Positions 38,101-45,837 of a DNA stretch of 64,000 bases are shown one piece after another (positions within the stretch are counted from its first letter, which is position 1; every line of letters begins with the position of its first letter). The stretch covers positions 1-64,000 of the forward strand of contig NZ_JMCB01000034.1 in the NCBI RefSeq assembly GCF_000737315.1. Direction: 5' to 3'. The position numbers and the translations under genes are program-made. The notes under the pieces were generated by a model. The model saw nothing but the letters and a program-made list of their open reading frames with translations, ran no database searches and was not told where the DNA came from. Origin of the DNA: Hyalangium minutum (GTDB lineage: Bacteria; Myxococcota; Myxococcia; Myxococcales; Myxococcaceae).

Positions 38101-40603
38101 GCTGGTCCTCGCTGAGCAGGAAGCACCCTCGGTGCACCTGACGGCGACACCGGTCGGCGATGGGCGGATGCGCATCCGACGCGCGAGCCTGGATCCAGAG
38201 CAGGGCCGTGCCGGAAAGTGGCGCGACCACGCCACCGCGACCCTCGCGCCCCTGGGGAGCGCCCGCGCGCCGGACGCGTCCGTGCGCCCGGGACTCGAGC
38301 TGGCCTCGAAGCAGGTCGTCGAAGCCGACACGGCCGCCTTCTATGCCGGCGTGAGCAGCCGAGGCATCGAGCTCGGGCCCTCGTTCCGGTGGATTCGGAA
38401 GCTGTGGGTGGGGCCGGGAGAGTCGCTCGCGCTGCTGGAGGCGCCTGCCTCGCTCCAGGGTCCCAAGCTCCCGGTGCACCCCGCTCGGATGGATGCAGTC
38501 TTCCAGGCCTTCGCCGCCGCGGTGCCCGACAGCTCGACCACGACGTTCGTCCCCTTCGGGCTGGAGCGGCTCGTGTTCCACGGGGCTCCCGAAGGCGCCT
38601 GGTGGTGCCACGCGACCTGCCGGCCCGAGCAGGGAGGAGAGCTGTGGACGGGAGATGTCCGTCTCTACGCCGAGGATGGCCGAGCCATCGCGCACCTCGA
38701 GGGGCTGCGCATGAAGCGCGCCTCCCGCGAAGCCTTCCTGCAACGCGGCGGGAACAAGCCCGTGTGGGCCGACTGGCTCTTCGAGCAGCGCTGGGAGCGC
38801 CAGAGCGTCCCGGGCACCGCCTCGGCCCCCACCTCGCCAGGACGCTGGCTGCTGTTCGCCGACCGGCACGGAGTCACTACCGGGCTCGCGGCGAAGCTCA
38901 CCGCGCAGGGGGAGACGTGCGTCACGGTCACGCCCGGCCTGCGCTACGAGCGGCTCAGCGACACCGCGTACACGGTGGCTCTGGAGAGCGCTGGAGACTT
39001 CCCTCGGGTCCTCGCTGCCGCCCAGGAAGGAGGCCCGCTGCGGGGTGTCGTCTTCCTCTGGGGCCTGGACTGCGAGCCGCCCACGGAGACGGGGCTCGCC
39101 TGGCTGGCGGACGCGGAGGCGCGCGGCTGCGGAGGGCTGCTGCACGTCGTGCAGGCACTCGCCTCCAGCTCGTTCCGCAATCCGCCGCGGCTCACCGTGG
39201 TGACGCGGGGAGCCCAGAGCCTCGGCGACGAGGGCCCCGTCCCGGCGGCACAGACGATGCTGTGGGGCATGGCCCGCAGCCTGGCCTACGAGCAGGATGC
39301 GTTCGGGCTCGCCCGGATCGATCTGCCTCCCTCCAGTGACGCCGGTGTCCTCGATGCCCTGGCCCGCGAGCTGGTGGCTCCGGACGGCGAGGAGGAGCTC
39401 CTCCTGCGCGGCTCGGATCGCTATAGGGGCCGCTTCTCGCGTTGCTCGGAGCTGGGCACCGCGAGCACCGAGCTCCGGATTCGCGAGGACGCGAGCTACC
39501 TCATCACCGGAGGCCTGGGGGGCCTGGGGTTGTCGGTGGCTCGTTGGCTGGTGGGCCGCGGCGCCCGCCACCTGGTGCTGGTGGCCCGTGGAGGCGCCCG
39601 AACGCCAGAGCAGCACGAAGCCCTCGCTGCGCTCAAGGAGCTGGGAGCGGAGGCCACCGTGGTCCAGGCCGATGTGGCGGACCCGGCGCAGCTCTCACAC
39701 GCCCTGAACGAAGCCGGAAGGCGAGCACCTCTGCGTGGCGTCATCCACGCCGCGGGTGTCCTGGATGACGGCTTCGTGGCACAGCAAACAGTGGAGCGGC
39801 TCCGCCGGGTCATGGCCCCCAAGGCAGCGGGAGCATGGAACCTGCACACGCTAACGCGAGACCTGGACTTCTTCGTTCTCTACTCCTCGGCAGCCTCACT
39901 CGTGGGCTCGCCGGGGCAGAGCAACTACGGCGCGGCCAATGCCTTCCTGGACGGGCTCGCCTGGCACCGGCGCTCGCTGGGGCTGCCCGCCCTCAGCATC
40001 AACTGGGGCGCCTTCTCAGAGGTAGGACTCGCGGCCCAGCAGGAGAACCGCGGCGAGCGGCTGGGCAAGCGCGGCTTCGGGGCCATCTCTCCGGAGGCGG
40101 GCCTGGAAGCACTGGCAGGCTTGCTGCAGAGCCGCTTGACGCAGGTGGCCGTCACCCCGCTGGACGCGCGTCAGTGGGTGGAGTTCTACCCGCAGCTTGC
40201 CAGCTCGAAGCGCTTCTCTGAGTCCGTACGGGAGGCACGGCGCACCCGGCGGGCCACCGCGGACGGCGCGACGCTGGAGTCCCTGCGCGCGGCGGCCCCG
40301 AAGGAGCGGCTGGGGATGCTCGAGGGGCTGGTCCGCGATCAGGTCGCACAGGTCCTCCGCCTGGAGTCCTCCTCCATCGAGCGGCAGACGCCGTTCAAGA
40401 CGCTGGGCTTCGACTCGCTCATGGGCCTGGAGCTGCGCAACCGCCTGGAGGCCACGCTGGGCCTGACGCTCTCGGCCACGCTCGTGTGGACGTACCCGAC
40501 ACTGGAGACCCTGGCCCCGCACCTCGCGGACAAGCTGGGCCTGTCTCAGAGCGCCGAGCCCCAGCCCACTCACCTCGTGGCTGTGCACGGCACGCTCGAA
40601 TGA
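35114..40603 (+). CDS. Modular type I PKS: KS-AT-DH-KR-ACP (no TE, no evident C-terminal dock)
   Basis: 1829 aa. [10 protein letters not shown]; AT GHSMG and DVASHS; DH DHRVFGEVVVPG and HPARMD; KR VLDD, NYGAAN; ACP LGFDSLMG; only ~25 residues follow the ACP. Confidence 0.96.
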   Translation: MAPQKPAPSPLQQAFFVIRDLESKVAALTSEPIAIVGMACRFPGGSNTPEAFWDLLEKGRDGVVDVPANRWDVGATFDPDPDAPGKMYTRQAGFLGPIDQFDARFFGISPREAIHMDPQQRLLLEVSWEALERAGVAPGGLSETRTGVFVGASPSDYAQLHFHAGDPSVIDVYDGTGNASCFTAGRLSYVLGVQGPSLMVDTACSSSLVAVHLACRSLRSGECDVALAGGVQLMVTPETFIFLSRARALAPDGRCKPFDASANGYGRGEGCGVVVLKRLSAAQAAGDRILAVIRGSAVNHDGPSSGLTVPNGRAQQALLRSALETAGVSPTDVGYVEAHGTGTSLGDPIEADALAAVLGTGRSPQKPLWIGSVKSNIGHLESAAGIAGLMKAVLTLKHRMVPPSLHFSRPNPHIAWDELPLRVPTAPMAWEENGKPRIAGVSSFGLSGTNAHIVLEEAPSTESPAVNSAEGPRVLSLSGRSPSALEALASSWSEALKSPSLEGSLEAIAYTAGVRRTHHEHRLAVIGSTRAEWATGLEAFLRGAAHPGVVSGHAEPGAPAKVVFIFPGQGSQWIGMGRELMASEPVFREALSACAEAFRPYAQFSLLEVLQASDTAQLERIDVIQPVLFAIEVGLAKLWRAWGVEPAAVVGHSMGEVAAAHIAGALSLEDAARVICERSKLMLRLRGAGAMAVVELPADEAEAALGSEKDRVSIAASNSPRSTVLSGDTAAIDALVKRFEALGVFARRVKVDVASHSSQVDPILEELRGKLAGLQPRPGILPLFSTVTRERTDGASFDAGYWVRNLRDPVHFSHAIQSLQQSGHTLFLEISPHPILLASVEQTLKGNTAARVLPSLRRERPERSSLLESLATLYTRGYALDWRKLHSAPLPVVGMPTYPWQRERLWVSRPARQGTAVDVDTSAVRPLAGDRLLTPGEEIHFVRKVSGVDMPYLEDHRVFGEVVVPGAFHLATLLSVADELVGPGGCVVEALAFAQALVLAEQEAPSVHLTATPVGDGRMRIRRASLDPEQGRAGKWRDHATATLAPLGSARAPDASVRPGLELASKQVVEADTAAFYAGVSSRGIELGPSFRWIRKLWVGPGESLALLEAPASLQGPKLPVHPARMDAVFQAFAAAVPDSSTTTFVPFGLERLVFHGAPEGAWWCHATCRPEQGGELWTGDVRLYAEDGRAIAHLEGLRMKRASREAFLQRGGNKPVWADWLFEQRWERQSVPGTASAPTSPGRWLLFADRHGVTTGLAAKLTAQGETCVTVTPGLRYERLSDTAYTVALESAGDFPRVLAAAQEGGPLRGVVFLWGLDCEPPTETGLAWLADAEARGCGGLLHVVQALASSSFRNPPRLTVVTRGAQSLGDEGPVPAAQTMLWGMARSLAYEQDAFGLARIDLPPSSDAGVLDALARELVAPDGEEELLLRGSDRYRGRFSRCSELGTASTELRIREDASYLITGGLGGLGLSVARWLVGRGARHLVLVARGGARTPEQHEALAALKELGAEATVVQADVADPAQLSHALNEAGRRAPLRGVIHAAGVLDDGFVAQQTVERLRRVMAPKAAGAWNLHTLTRDLDFFVLYSSAASLVGSPGQSNYGAANAFLDGLAWHRRSLGLPALSINWGAFSEVGLAAQQENRGERLGKRGFGAISPEAGLEALAGLLQSRLTQVAVTPLDARQWVEFYPQLASSKRFSESVREARRTRRATADGATLESLRAAAPKERLGMLEGLVRDQVAQVLRLESSSIERQTPFKTLGFDSLMGLELRNRLEATLGLTLSATLVWTYPTLETLAPHLADKLGLSQSAEPQPTHLVAVHGTLE

Positions 40604-40651
40604 TGAAACGCCTGTAAGCCACCTCCCGCTGTGACGCCGGAGCTGCCACCT

Positions 40652-41335
40652 ATGTCAGTCGACGCCATCGTCTCGTTGAAACAGGTGCACAAGAGCTATG
40701 CGCTCGGGGAGACCCGGGTGCAGGCCCTGCGGGGCGTGGACCTGGAGCTTCACCGGGGTGAGTTCACCGCACTCGTGGGGCCCTCGGGCTCCGGCAAGAG
40801 CACCTTGCTGCACCTCGTGGGGTGCATCGATGAACCGGACTCGGGCAGCGTCCTCTTCGATGGGACGGACGTCGGCAAGCTGGACGACAACGCGCGCAGC
40901 CGGCTGCGCAACCACAAGGTCGGCTTCATCTTCCAGTCGTTCAACCTGGTCCCGGTGTTGAGCGTCTACGAGAACATCGAGCTGCCGCTGCTCATCCACC
41001 CGAACCTCACGCCCACCGAGCGGCGAGAGCGCGTCAAGGCGGCGATCGCGGACGTGGGACTGGAGGAGTTCGCCCAGCAGGTGCCAGACAAGCTCTCGGG
41101 GGGCCAGCGCCAGCGCGTCGCCATTGCCCGAGCCCTGGTCACCCAGCCGCTGCTGGTGCTCGCGGACGAGCCCACCGCCAACCTGGACTCGGTGACGGCG
41201 CACCGGATCATCGATCTGATGTTGGAGCTGAACGAGAAGCGGAAGGTGACCTTCCTCTTCTCCACGCACGACGAGAAGCTCATGGTGCGCGTGGCCCGGA
41301 CGCTCCACCTGCAGGATGGAGCGCTGCGCCCATGA
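40652..41335 (+). CDS. ABC transporter ATP-binding protein (LolD/MacB-like)
   Basis: Walker A GPSGSGKST, GFIFQSFNL, signature LSGGQRQRVAIARAL, Walker B LVLADEPTANLD, H-loop STHD. Confidence 0.95.
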   Translation: MSVDAIVSLKQVHKSYALGETRVQALRGVDLELHRGEFTALVGPSGSGKSTLLHLVGCIDEPDSGSVLFDGTDVGKLDDNARSRLRNHKVGFIFQSFNLVPVLSVYENIELPLLIHPNLTPTERRERVKAAIADVGLEEFAQQVPDKLSGGQRQRVAIARALVTQPLLVLADEPTANLDSVTAHRIIDLMLELNEKRKVTFLFSTHDEKLMVRVARTLHLQDGALRP

Positions 41336-42699
41336 AGGGGGCCTGGAAGCTGGCGCTGCGAGGACTGCGCCGCAACCAGCGGCGGAACCTGGCCACGGGC
41401 ATGGCCATCGCGCTGGGCTATGCCGGGATGGTGCTGCTGAGCAGCTACATCCTCAGCGTGAACGCCTACCTGCGGACGGTGGCCATCTACCTCCAGAACT
41501 CGGGCCACCTGTCCATCTACCGAAAGGAGGGGCTGGAGCTGCACAAGGTGCGGCCGGTTCGCTACAGCCTCTCGGCGGATGATCAGGCCGCCATCGCGGA
41601 GGTGCTGGCGGCGGACTCGAACGTGGAGCTGTCCGTCCCCTTCCTGCTGGGGACAGGCATGGTGGGCAACGGCTGCAAGTCCGTCCCCTTCACCGCCCGA
41701 GGCGTGGATCCCGAGCTGGAGCGGCGCATCCGCACCCACTCGGACGTGCTCGCCACCACGCCCGAGCTGTCCAAGCCGCTGCGAGGGGGGGACCTCGCCA
41801 ACCACTCCAGCGTGGCCAATCCGCTGGAGCTCAGCGCGGGGCTCGCCCGGATCCTGGGCAAGCCGCAGGTCCTGGATGAGCTCCAGGGGACCGCTTCTGG
41901 CCCCACCACGCTCATCCGTGACTGCCAGTCCCCCGAGGCCGCAAAGAAGATCGCCGCCGAGGCCACCGTGCAGTTGGCGGGCTCGGGAGACGCCGGTGGG
42001 TTCTCCGCCATGGAAGGAGAGATGGTGGGCGTCATCTCCACGGGACTGACGACGACCGAGGACAGCACAGTGGTGGCGCCGCTGGGCGCCCTCCAAGAGC
42101 TCTACGGCACGGATCGGGTGACCTATGTGGCGGTCTTCCTCCGGGATGCCTCTCGCATCCCAGCCCGGGCGGCGGAGCTGCAGGCGAAGCTGCAAGCGAA
42201 GGGGCTGGATGTCTCCGTCCACCCCTTCACCGATCCGGCGGTGAATCCGTTCTACATGGGCACGGTGGGCTTCCTGGGGGTGATGGCGGGCTTCCTGGGC
42301 ATCGTCGTCTTCGCGGTGGTAGCGCTCTCCATCCTCAACTCGATGACCCTCAGCATCCTCGAGCGAACCCGGGAGATCGGAACGCTGCGCTCGCTCGGGT
42401 TCACCCGGACACAGCTGCTAGGGCTCTTCGTGCGCGAGGGGGTGGTACTGACCGCGCTGGGCGTGGGCTGCGGGCTCGTCTTGGCCGGGGTGACGGCGGC
42501 GCTCGTCAACCTGCGGGATGTCCGCGTCACCCCACCGGGGGTACCGGGTTCGATGCAGCTCGTGCTGACACCCAACCCCGGGCTCTGCCTGGGAATCGCC
42601 GCGATCCTGGGAGTGCTCTCCCTGATCGCCACAGTCATCGCCACCCGGCGCCGGACGCGCCAGAACATCGCCCATCTGATCACCGCGTTGACGGGGTGA
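41332..42699 (+). CDS. ABC transporter permease (FtsX/LolC-E/MacB-like)
   Basis: N-terminal TM helix, large periplasmic domain, ERTREIGTLRSLGF motif, three C-terminal TM helices; ATGA overlap with the ATPase. Confidence 0.92.
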   Translation: MKGAWKLALRGLRRNQRRNLATGMAIALGYAGMVLLSSYILSVNAYLRTVAIYLQNSGHLSIYRKEGLELHKVRPVRYSLSADDQAAIAEVLAADSNVELSVPFLLGTGMVGNGCKSVPFTARGVDPELERRIRTHSDVLATTPELSKPLRGGDLANHSSVANPLELSAGLARILGKPQVLDELQGTASGPTTLIRDCQSPEAAKKIAAEATVQLAGSGDAGGFSAMEGEMVGVISTGLTTTEDSTVVAPLGALQELYGTDRVTYVAVFLRDASRIPARAAELQAKLQAKGLDVSVHPFTDPAVNPFYMGTVGFLGVMAGFLGIVVFAVVALSILNSMTLSILERTREIGTLRSLGFTRTQLLGLFVREGVVLTALGVGCGLVLAGVTAALVNLRDVRVTPPGVPGSMQLVLTPNPGLCLGIAAILGVLSLIATVIATRRRTRQNIAHLITALTG

Positions 42700-42728
42700 C
42701 CCGCGCGCGACCAAGGAGATCTGTGCCC

Positions 42729-43541
42729 ATGAGGCCTCAGACCACTCGTTGCACCTCCGCCTGGAGAGCCTGCGCTACCGCCACCCTGCTCACAGCCCTG
42801 TCCGCGCTGGCGGGGGCCCCCAAGGCTCCTCCGCCCAAGGCTCCACCCGCCGCGCCCGCGCCCGCGCCCACCGCGCAGGAGCTGCTCACGACGGCGGATC
42901 GCTCCCGTGGCGCGCTCGAGAGCGGTGTCACCTGGGACATGACGATCGAAACCGTGGAGGACCAGCAGAAGTCCACCCGCACGGCGGCGGTCAAGGCGCT
43001 CAAGTTCGACACGCGGGTGGAGATGAGCGCGCCCGCGTACGCGAAGGGGCAAGTCATCCTCCTCAAGGATCGCGAGATGTGGTTCACCACGCCCAAGCTG
43101 AAGAAGCCCATCTTGATCTCGAGCAAGATGAAGCTCTCCGGCCCCGCGTCCAATGGGGACATCGCGACCACCAGCTACTCCAGGGACTACCAGGGCACGA
43201 TCTCGGGTGAAGAGGCCGTGAGCGGCGAGGACGCCTGGCTGCTCGACCTGAAGGCGAACGAGAAGAACGTCACCTACGATCGCATCCGCTACTGGATCTC
43301 CAAGAGTCGCCGGGTGGCGCTCAAGGCGGAGTTCCTCACCCTCCAGGGACAGGTGTTCAAGAGCGCCACGTTCGAGTATGGGAACACGCTCAAGGCTGGC
43401 GCGCAGGAGGTCCCCTTCCTCAGCCGGGTGACGATCACGGACGCCGCCGTTCCGGAGAATGTGTCGACGATCCAGTACAGCGCGCCCCGGATGGAGGATC
43501 TTCCGACCACCCTTTTCGACGTCCAGTCGCTCGTGCGCTGA
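42729..43541 (+). CDS. Outer membrane lipoprotein-sorting protein (LolA-like fold)
   Basis: Signal-peptide-like N-terminus, Pro/Ala linker, then ...GQVILLKDREMWF...GDIATTSYSRDY...YDRIRYWISK...KAEFLTLQGQVFK, characteristic of the LolA-like proteins found between such permeases. Alternative start GTG 42696. Confidence 0.75.
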   Translation: MRPQTTRCTSAWRACATATLLTALSALAGAPKAPPPKAPPAAPAPAPTAQELLTTADRSRGALESGVTWDMTIETVEDQQKSTRTAAVKALKFDTRVEMSAPAYAKGQVILLKDREMWFTTPKLKKPILISSKMKLSGPASNGDIATTSYSRDYQGTISGEEAVSGEDAWLLDLKANEKNVTYDRIRYWISKSRRVALKAEFLTLQGQVFKSATFEYGNTLKAGAQEVPFLSRVTITDAAVPENVSTIQYSAPRMEDLPTTLFDVQSLVR

Positions 43542-43560
43542 CGGGCTGGGAGAGACGAGG

Positions 43561-44859
43561 ATGAAGCCCCTGCTCCAAATGGCCGTCCGTAACGTGCTCA
43601 AGAACTGGCGGCACAGCCTCGCCTCGATGCTGTCCATCGCAGTGGGGGTGATCGCCCTCGGCCTGTTCGAAGGATACATGGCGGATCTGCGGGCCCTCTA
43701 TGACGATGGCTTCTCCAAGCGGGGCATGCTCGGAGACGTCCTCATCGAGAAGGCAGGCTCCGAGGAGGGAGCGAAGGCGGATCCCTGGAAGTACCTCCTG
43801 GGGGACGCGGAGCAGTCCTTCCTGGAAGGGTATTTGAGGCAGGCCAGCGGGGTGGAGGCGCGGGTGCGGTTCCTCAACCTCTCGGGGCTGGCGTCGAACG
43901 GGCGTACCTCCGCGGTGATCGTCGGGTTCGGCTACGACGTGGCAGAGGGCGCCATCACTCGCGGGCCTCGCTGGGCATGGAACACGCTGGCCGGCAAGCC
44001 GCTCCAGGATGCAGGGCCAGACTCGGTGCTGCTGGGCCGGAGCATCGGGCAGATCTTCGGCTGCCTCCCCGAAGAGCCAGGCGTCCAGGCCGGGAAGGAT
44101 CCTCGAGAGGTGCCGGTGAGCTGCAAGCGCAAGATCCAGATCTCCTCGACGACGGGCGCGGGTCAGCTCAACGCGTTGGACGTCGAGGTGGCGGGTCTGG
44201 CCACGGTGTCCTTGAAGGAGCTCGAGGCGAAGTACGCGATCATGCCCCTACCGCTGGCCCAGCAGCTGCTGGATACAAAGGGAGTGACGATGTACAGCGT
44301 GCGGCTGTCGGACCCGTCTCAGGCGGGTGCCTTCGCGGAGCAGCTGCAGGCCGCGGCCCGGCAGAAGGGGTTGGAGCTGCAGGCCAAGAGCTGGCGCGAA
44401 CACCGGCTGGGTGAGGTCTTCCGGCGCGGGATGGGCGTGCTCGCGGTCTTCCGGACGCTGGTGGCGCTGGTGGTGCTGATCGTCGCGGGAATGTCGGTCC
44501 TCAACACGCTCTACAAGGCGGTGAGCGAGCGCACGCGAGAGATCGGCACCTTGAGGAGCCTGGGCTTCCTGCGGCGGCACATTCTCGTGCTGTTCGGTTT
44601 GGAGGGCGGGCTGCTGGCGCTCGCAGCCTCGGTGGGCGGAATCCTCGTCACCGTCGTGCTCGCGACGTTCGTGAACCGGGCAGGCATCACCTACAAAGGA
44701 GGGCTGCTCGCGGAGGCCATCCCGCTGAGCATCGCCATCACGCCTGGGCTCTACGTGCGCAGCGCGGTCACCCTGTGTCTGCTGGCCGTCATCGCCGCGC
44801 TCATACCCGCCCGCCGAGCGACCCGAATGAAGATCCCGGACGCGCTCGGCCACGCGTAG
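43561..44859 (+). CDS. Second ABC transporter permease (FtsX/LolC-E-like)
   Basis: MKPLLQMAVRNVLKNWRHS, periplasmic domain, SERTREIGTLRSLGF, C-terminal TMs ending IPARRATRMKIPDALGH. Confidence 0.92.
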   Translation: MKPLLQMAVRNVLKNWRHSLASMLSIAVGVIALGLFEGYMADLRALYDDGFSKRGMLGDVLIEKAGSEEGAKADPWKYLLGDAEQSFLEGYLRQASGVEARVRFLNLSGLASNGRTSAVIVGFGYDVAEGAITRGPRWAWNTLAGKPLQDAGPDSVLLGRSIGQIFGCLPEEPGVQAGKDPREVPVSCKRKIQISSTTGAGQLNALDVEVAGLATVSLKELEAKYAIMPLPLAQQLLDTKGVTMYSVRLSDPSQAGAFAEQLQAAARQKGLELQAKSWREHRLGEVFRRGMGVLAVFRTLVALVVLIVAGMSVLNTLYKAVSERTREIGTLRSLGFLRRHILVLFGLEGGLLALAASVGGILVTVVLATFVNRAGITYKGGLLAEAIPLSIAITPGLYVRSAVTLCLLAVIAALIPARRATRMKIPDALGHA

Positions 44860-44860
44860 T

Positions 44861-44899
44861 GCTGGCGGGCCTCATCGTTAGGAATTTCTCGCCCGCAGC
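44861..44899 (+). terminator. Possible hairpin at the end of the PKS/export operon
   Basis: GCTG(G)CGGGC...GCCCGCAGC stem with one bulge and a 20-nt loop directly after the permease stop; no U-tract. Confidence 0.25.
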
Positions 44900-44928
44900 T
44901 CCTGGGATTTGGCGTAAGGAGCCAGCGC

Positions 44929-45828
44929 ATGGCGCGGATTATCGACGGGACCGAGATCAGCCGGGTGATGCGGGAGCAGATGGCCCAGGAGGTGGCGGCG
45001 CTCAAGGCCGCTGGGATCACTCCCGGGCTGTCCGTGGTGCTGGTGGGCAACAACCCCGCGAGCCAAGCCTATGTGTCCAGCAAGACCAAGGCGTGCGAGG
45101 CCCTCGGGATGCGAGGCCAGACGCTGAACCTGCCGGAGAACGTCTCCACGCAGGAGCTGTTCGCGGTCATCGACCGCCTCAACGCAGACTCCTCGGTGCA
45201 CGGCATCCTGGTGCAGCTCCCGCTCCCGGCTCACCTGCCCTACAAGGCCGTGCTGGAGCACATCCACCCGGACAAGGACGTCGACGGCTTCCATCCCCTC
45301 AACGCCGGGCTGGCCTTCGTCGGCGACCCTCGCGCGTTCGTGCCCTGCACCCCCGCCGGCATCATGGAGATGATCCGCCGAGAGAACATTCCCACCCGGG
45401 GCAAGCACGCGGTCATCGTCGGGCGCAGCCTCATCGTCAGCAAGCCTTTGGCCTCGCTGCTCATGGCTCCCGGCCCCGACGCCACCGTCACCCTCACGCA
45501 CCGGCACACGCAGGACCTCGCCTCGTTCACCCGGCAGGCGGACATCCTCATCGTCGCCGTGGGCAAGCAGAACCTCATCACCGCTGACATGGTGAAGCCC
45601 GGTGTCGTGGTCATCGACGTGGGCCAGAACCGGGTTCCCGATGACAGCTCCCCCCGCGGCTACCGCATGGTCGGCGACGTCGACTACGCCGCCGTCAGCG
45701 AGAAGGCCGAGGCCATCACCCCCGTACCCGGTGGCGTGGGCCCGATGACCATCACCATGCTGCTCGCGAATACGCTTCAGGCCGCGCGCCAGATGCAGGC
45801 GCGCGGGACATCAGGGAATCCGCGGTAG
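44929..45828 (+). CDS. folD: Bifunctional methylenetetrahydrofolate dehydrogenase/cyclohydrolase
   Basis: IIDG...PGLSVVLVGNNPASQAYVSSK...HGILVQLPLP...KDVDGFHP...PCTPAG...GRSLIVSKP...DILIVAVG...VIDVG...ITPVPGGVGPMT. SD AAGGAG upstream. Confidence 0.97.
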   Translation: MARIIDGTEISRVMREQMAQEVAALKAAGITPGLSVVLVGNNPASQAYVSSKTKACEALGMRGQTLNLPENVSTQELFAVIDRLNADSSVHGILVQLPLPAHLPYKAVLEHIHPDKDVDGFHPLNAGLAFVGDPRAFVPCTPAGIMEMIRRENIPTRGKHAVIVGRSLIVSKPLASLLMAPGPDATVTLTHRHTQDLASFTRQADILIVAVGKQNLITADMVKPGVVVIDVGQNRVPDDSSPRGYRMVGDVDYAAVSEKAEAITPVPGGVGPMTITMLLANTLQAARQMQARGTSGNPR

Positions 45829-45837
45829 AGCCAGGGA

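Noticed and set aside
44860-44928. ZTP (pfl) riboswitch upstream of folD
   Set aside because: Only 69 bp are available and the conserved pfl motifs are absent.
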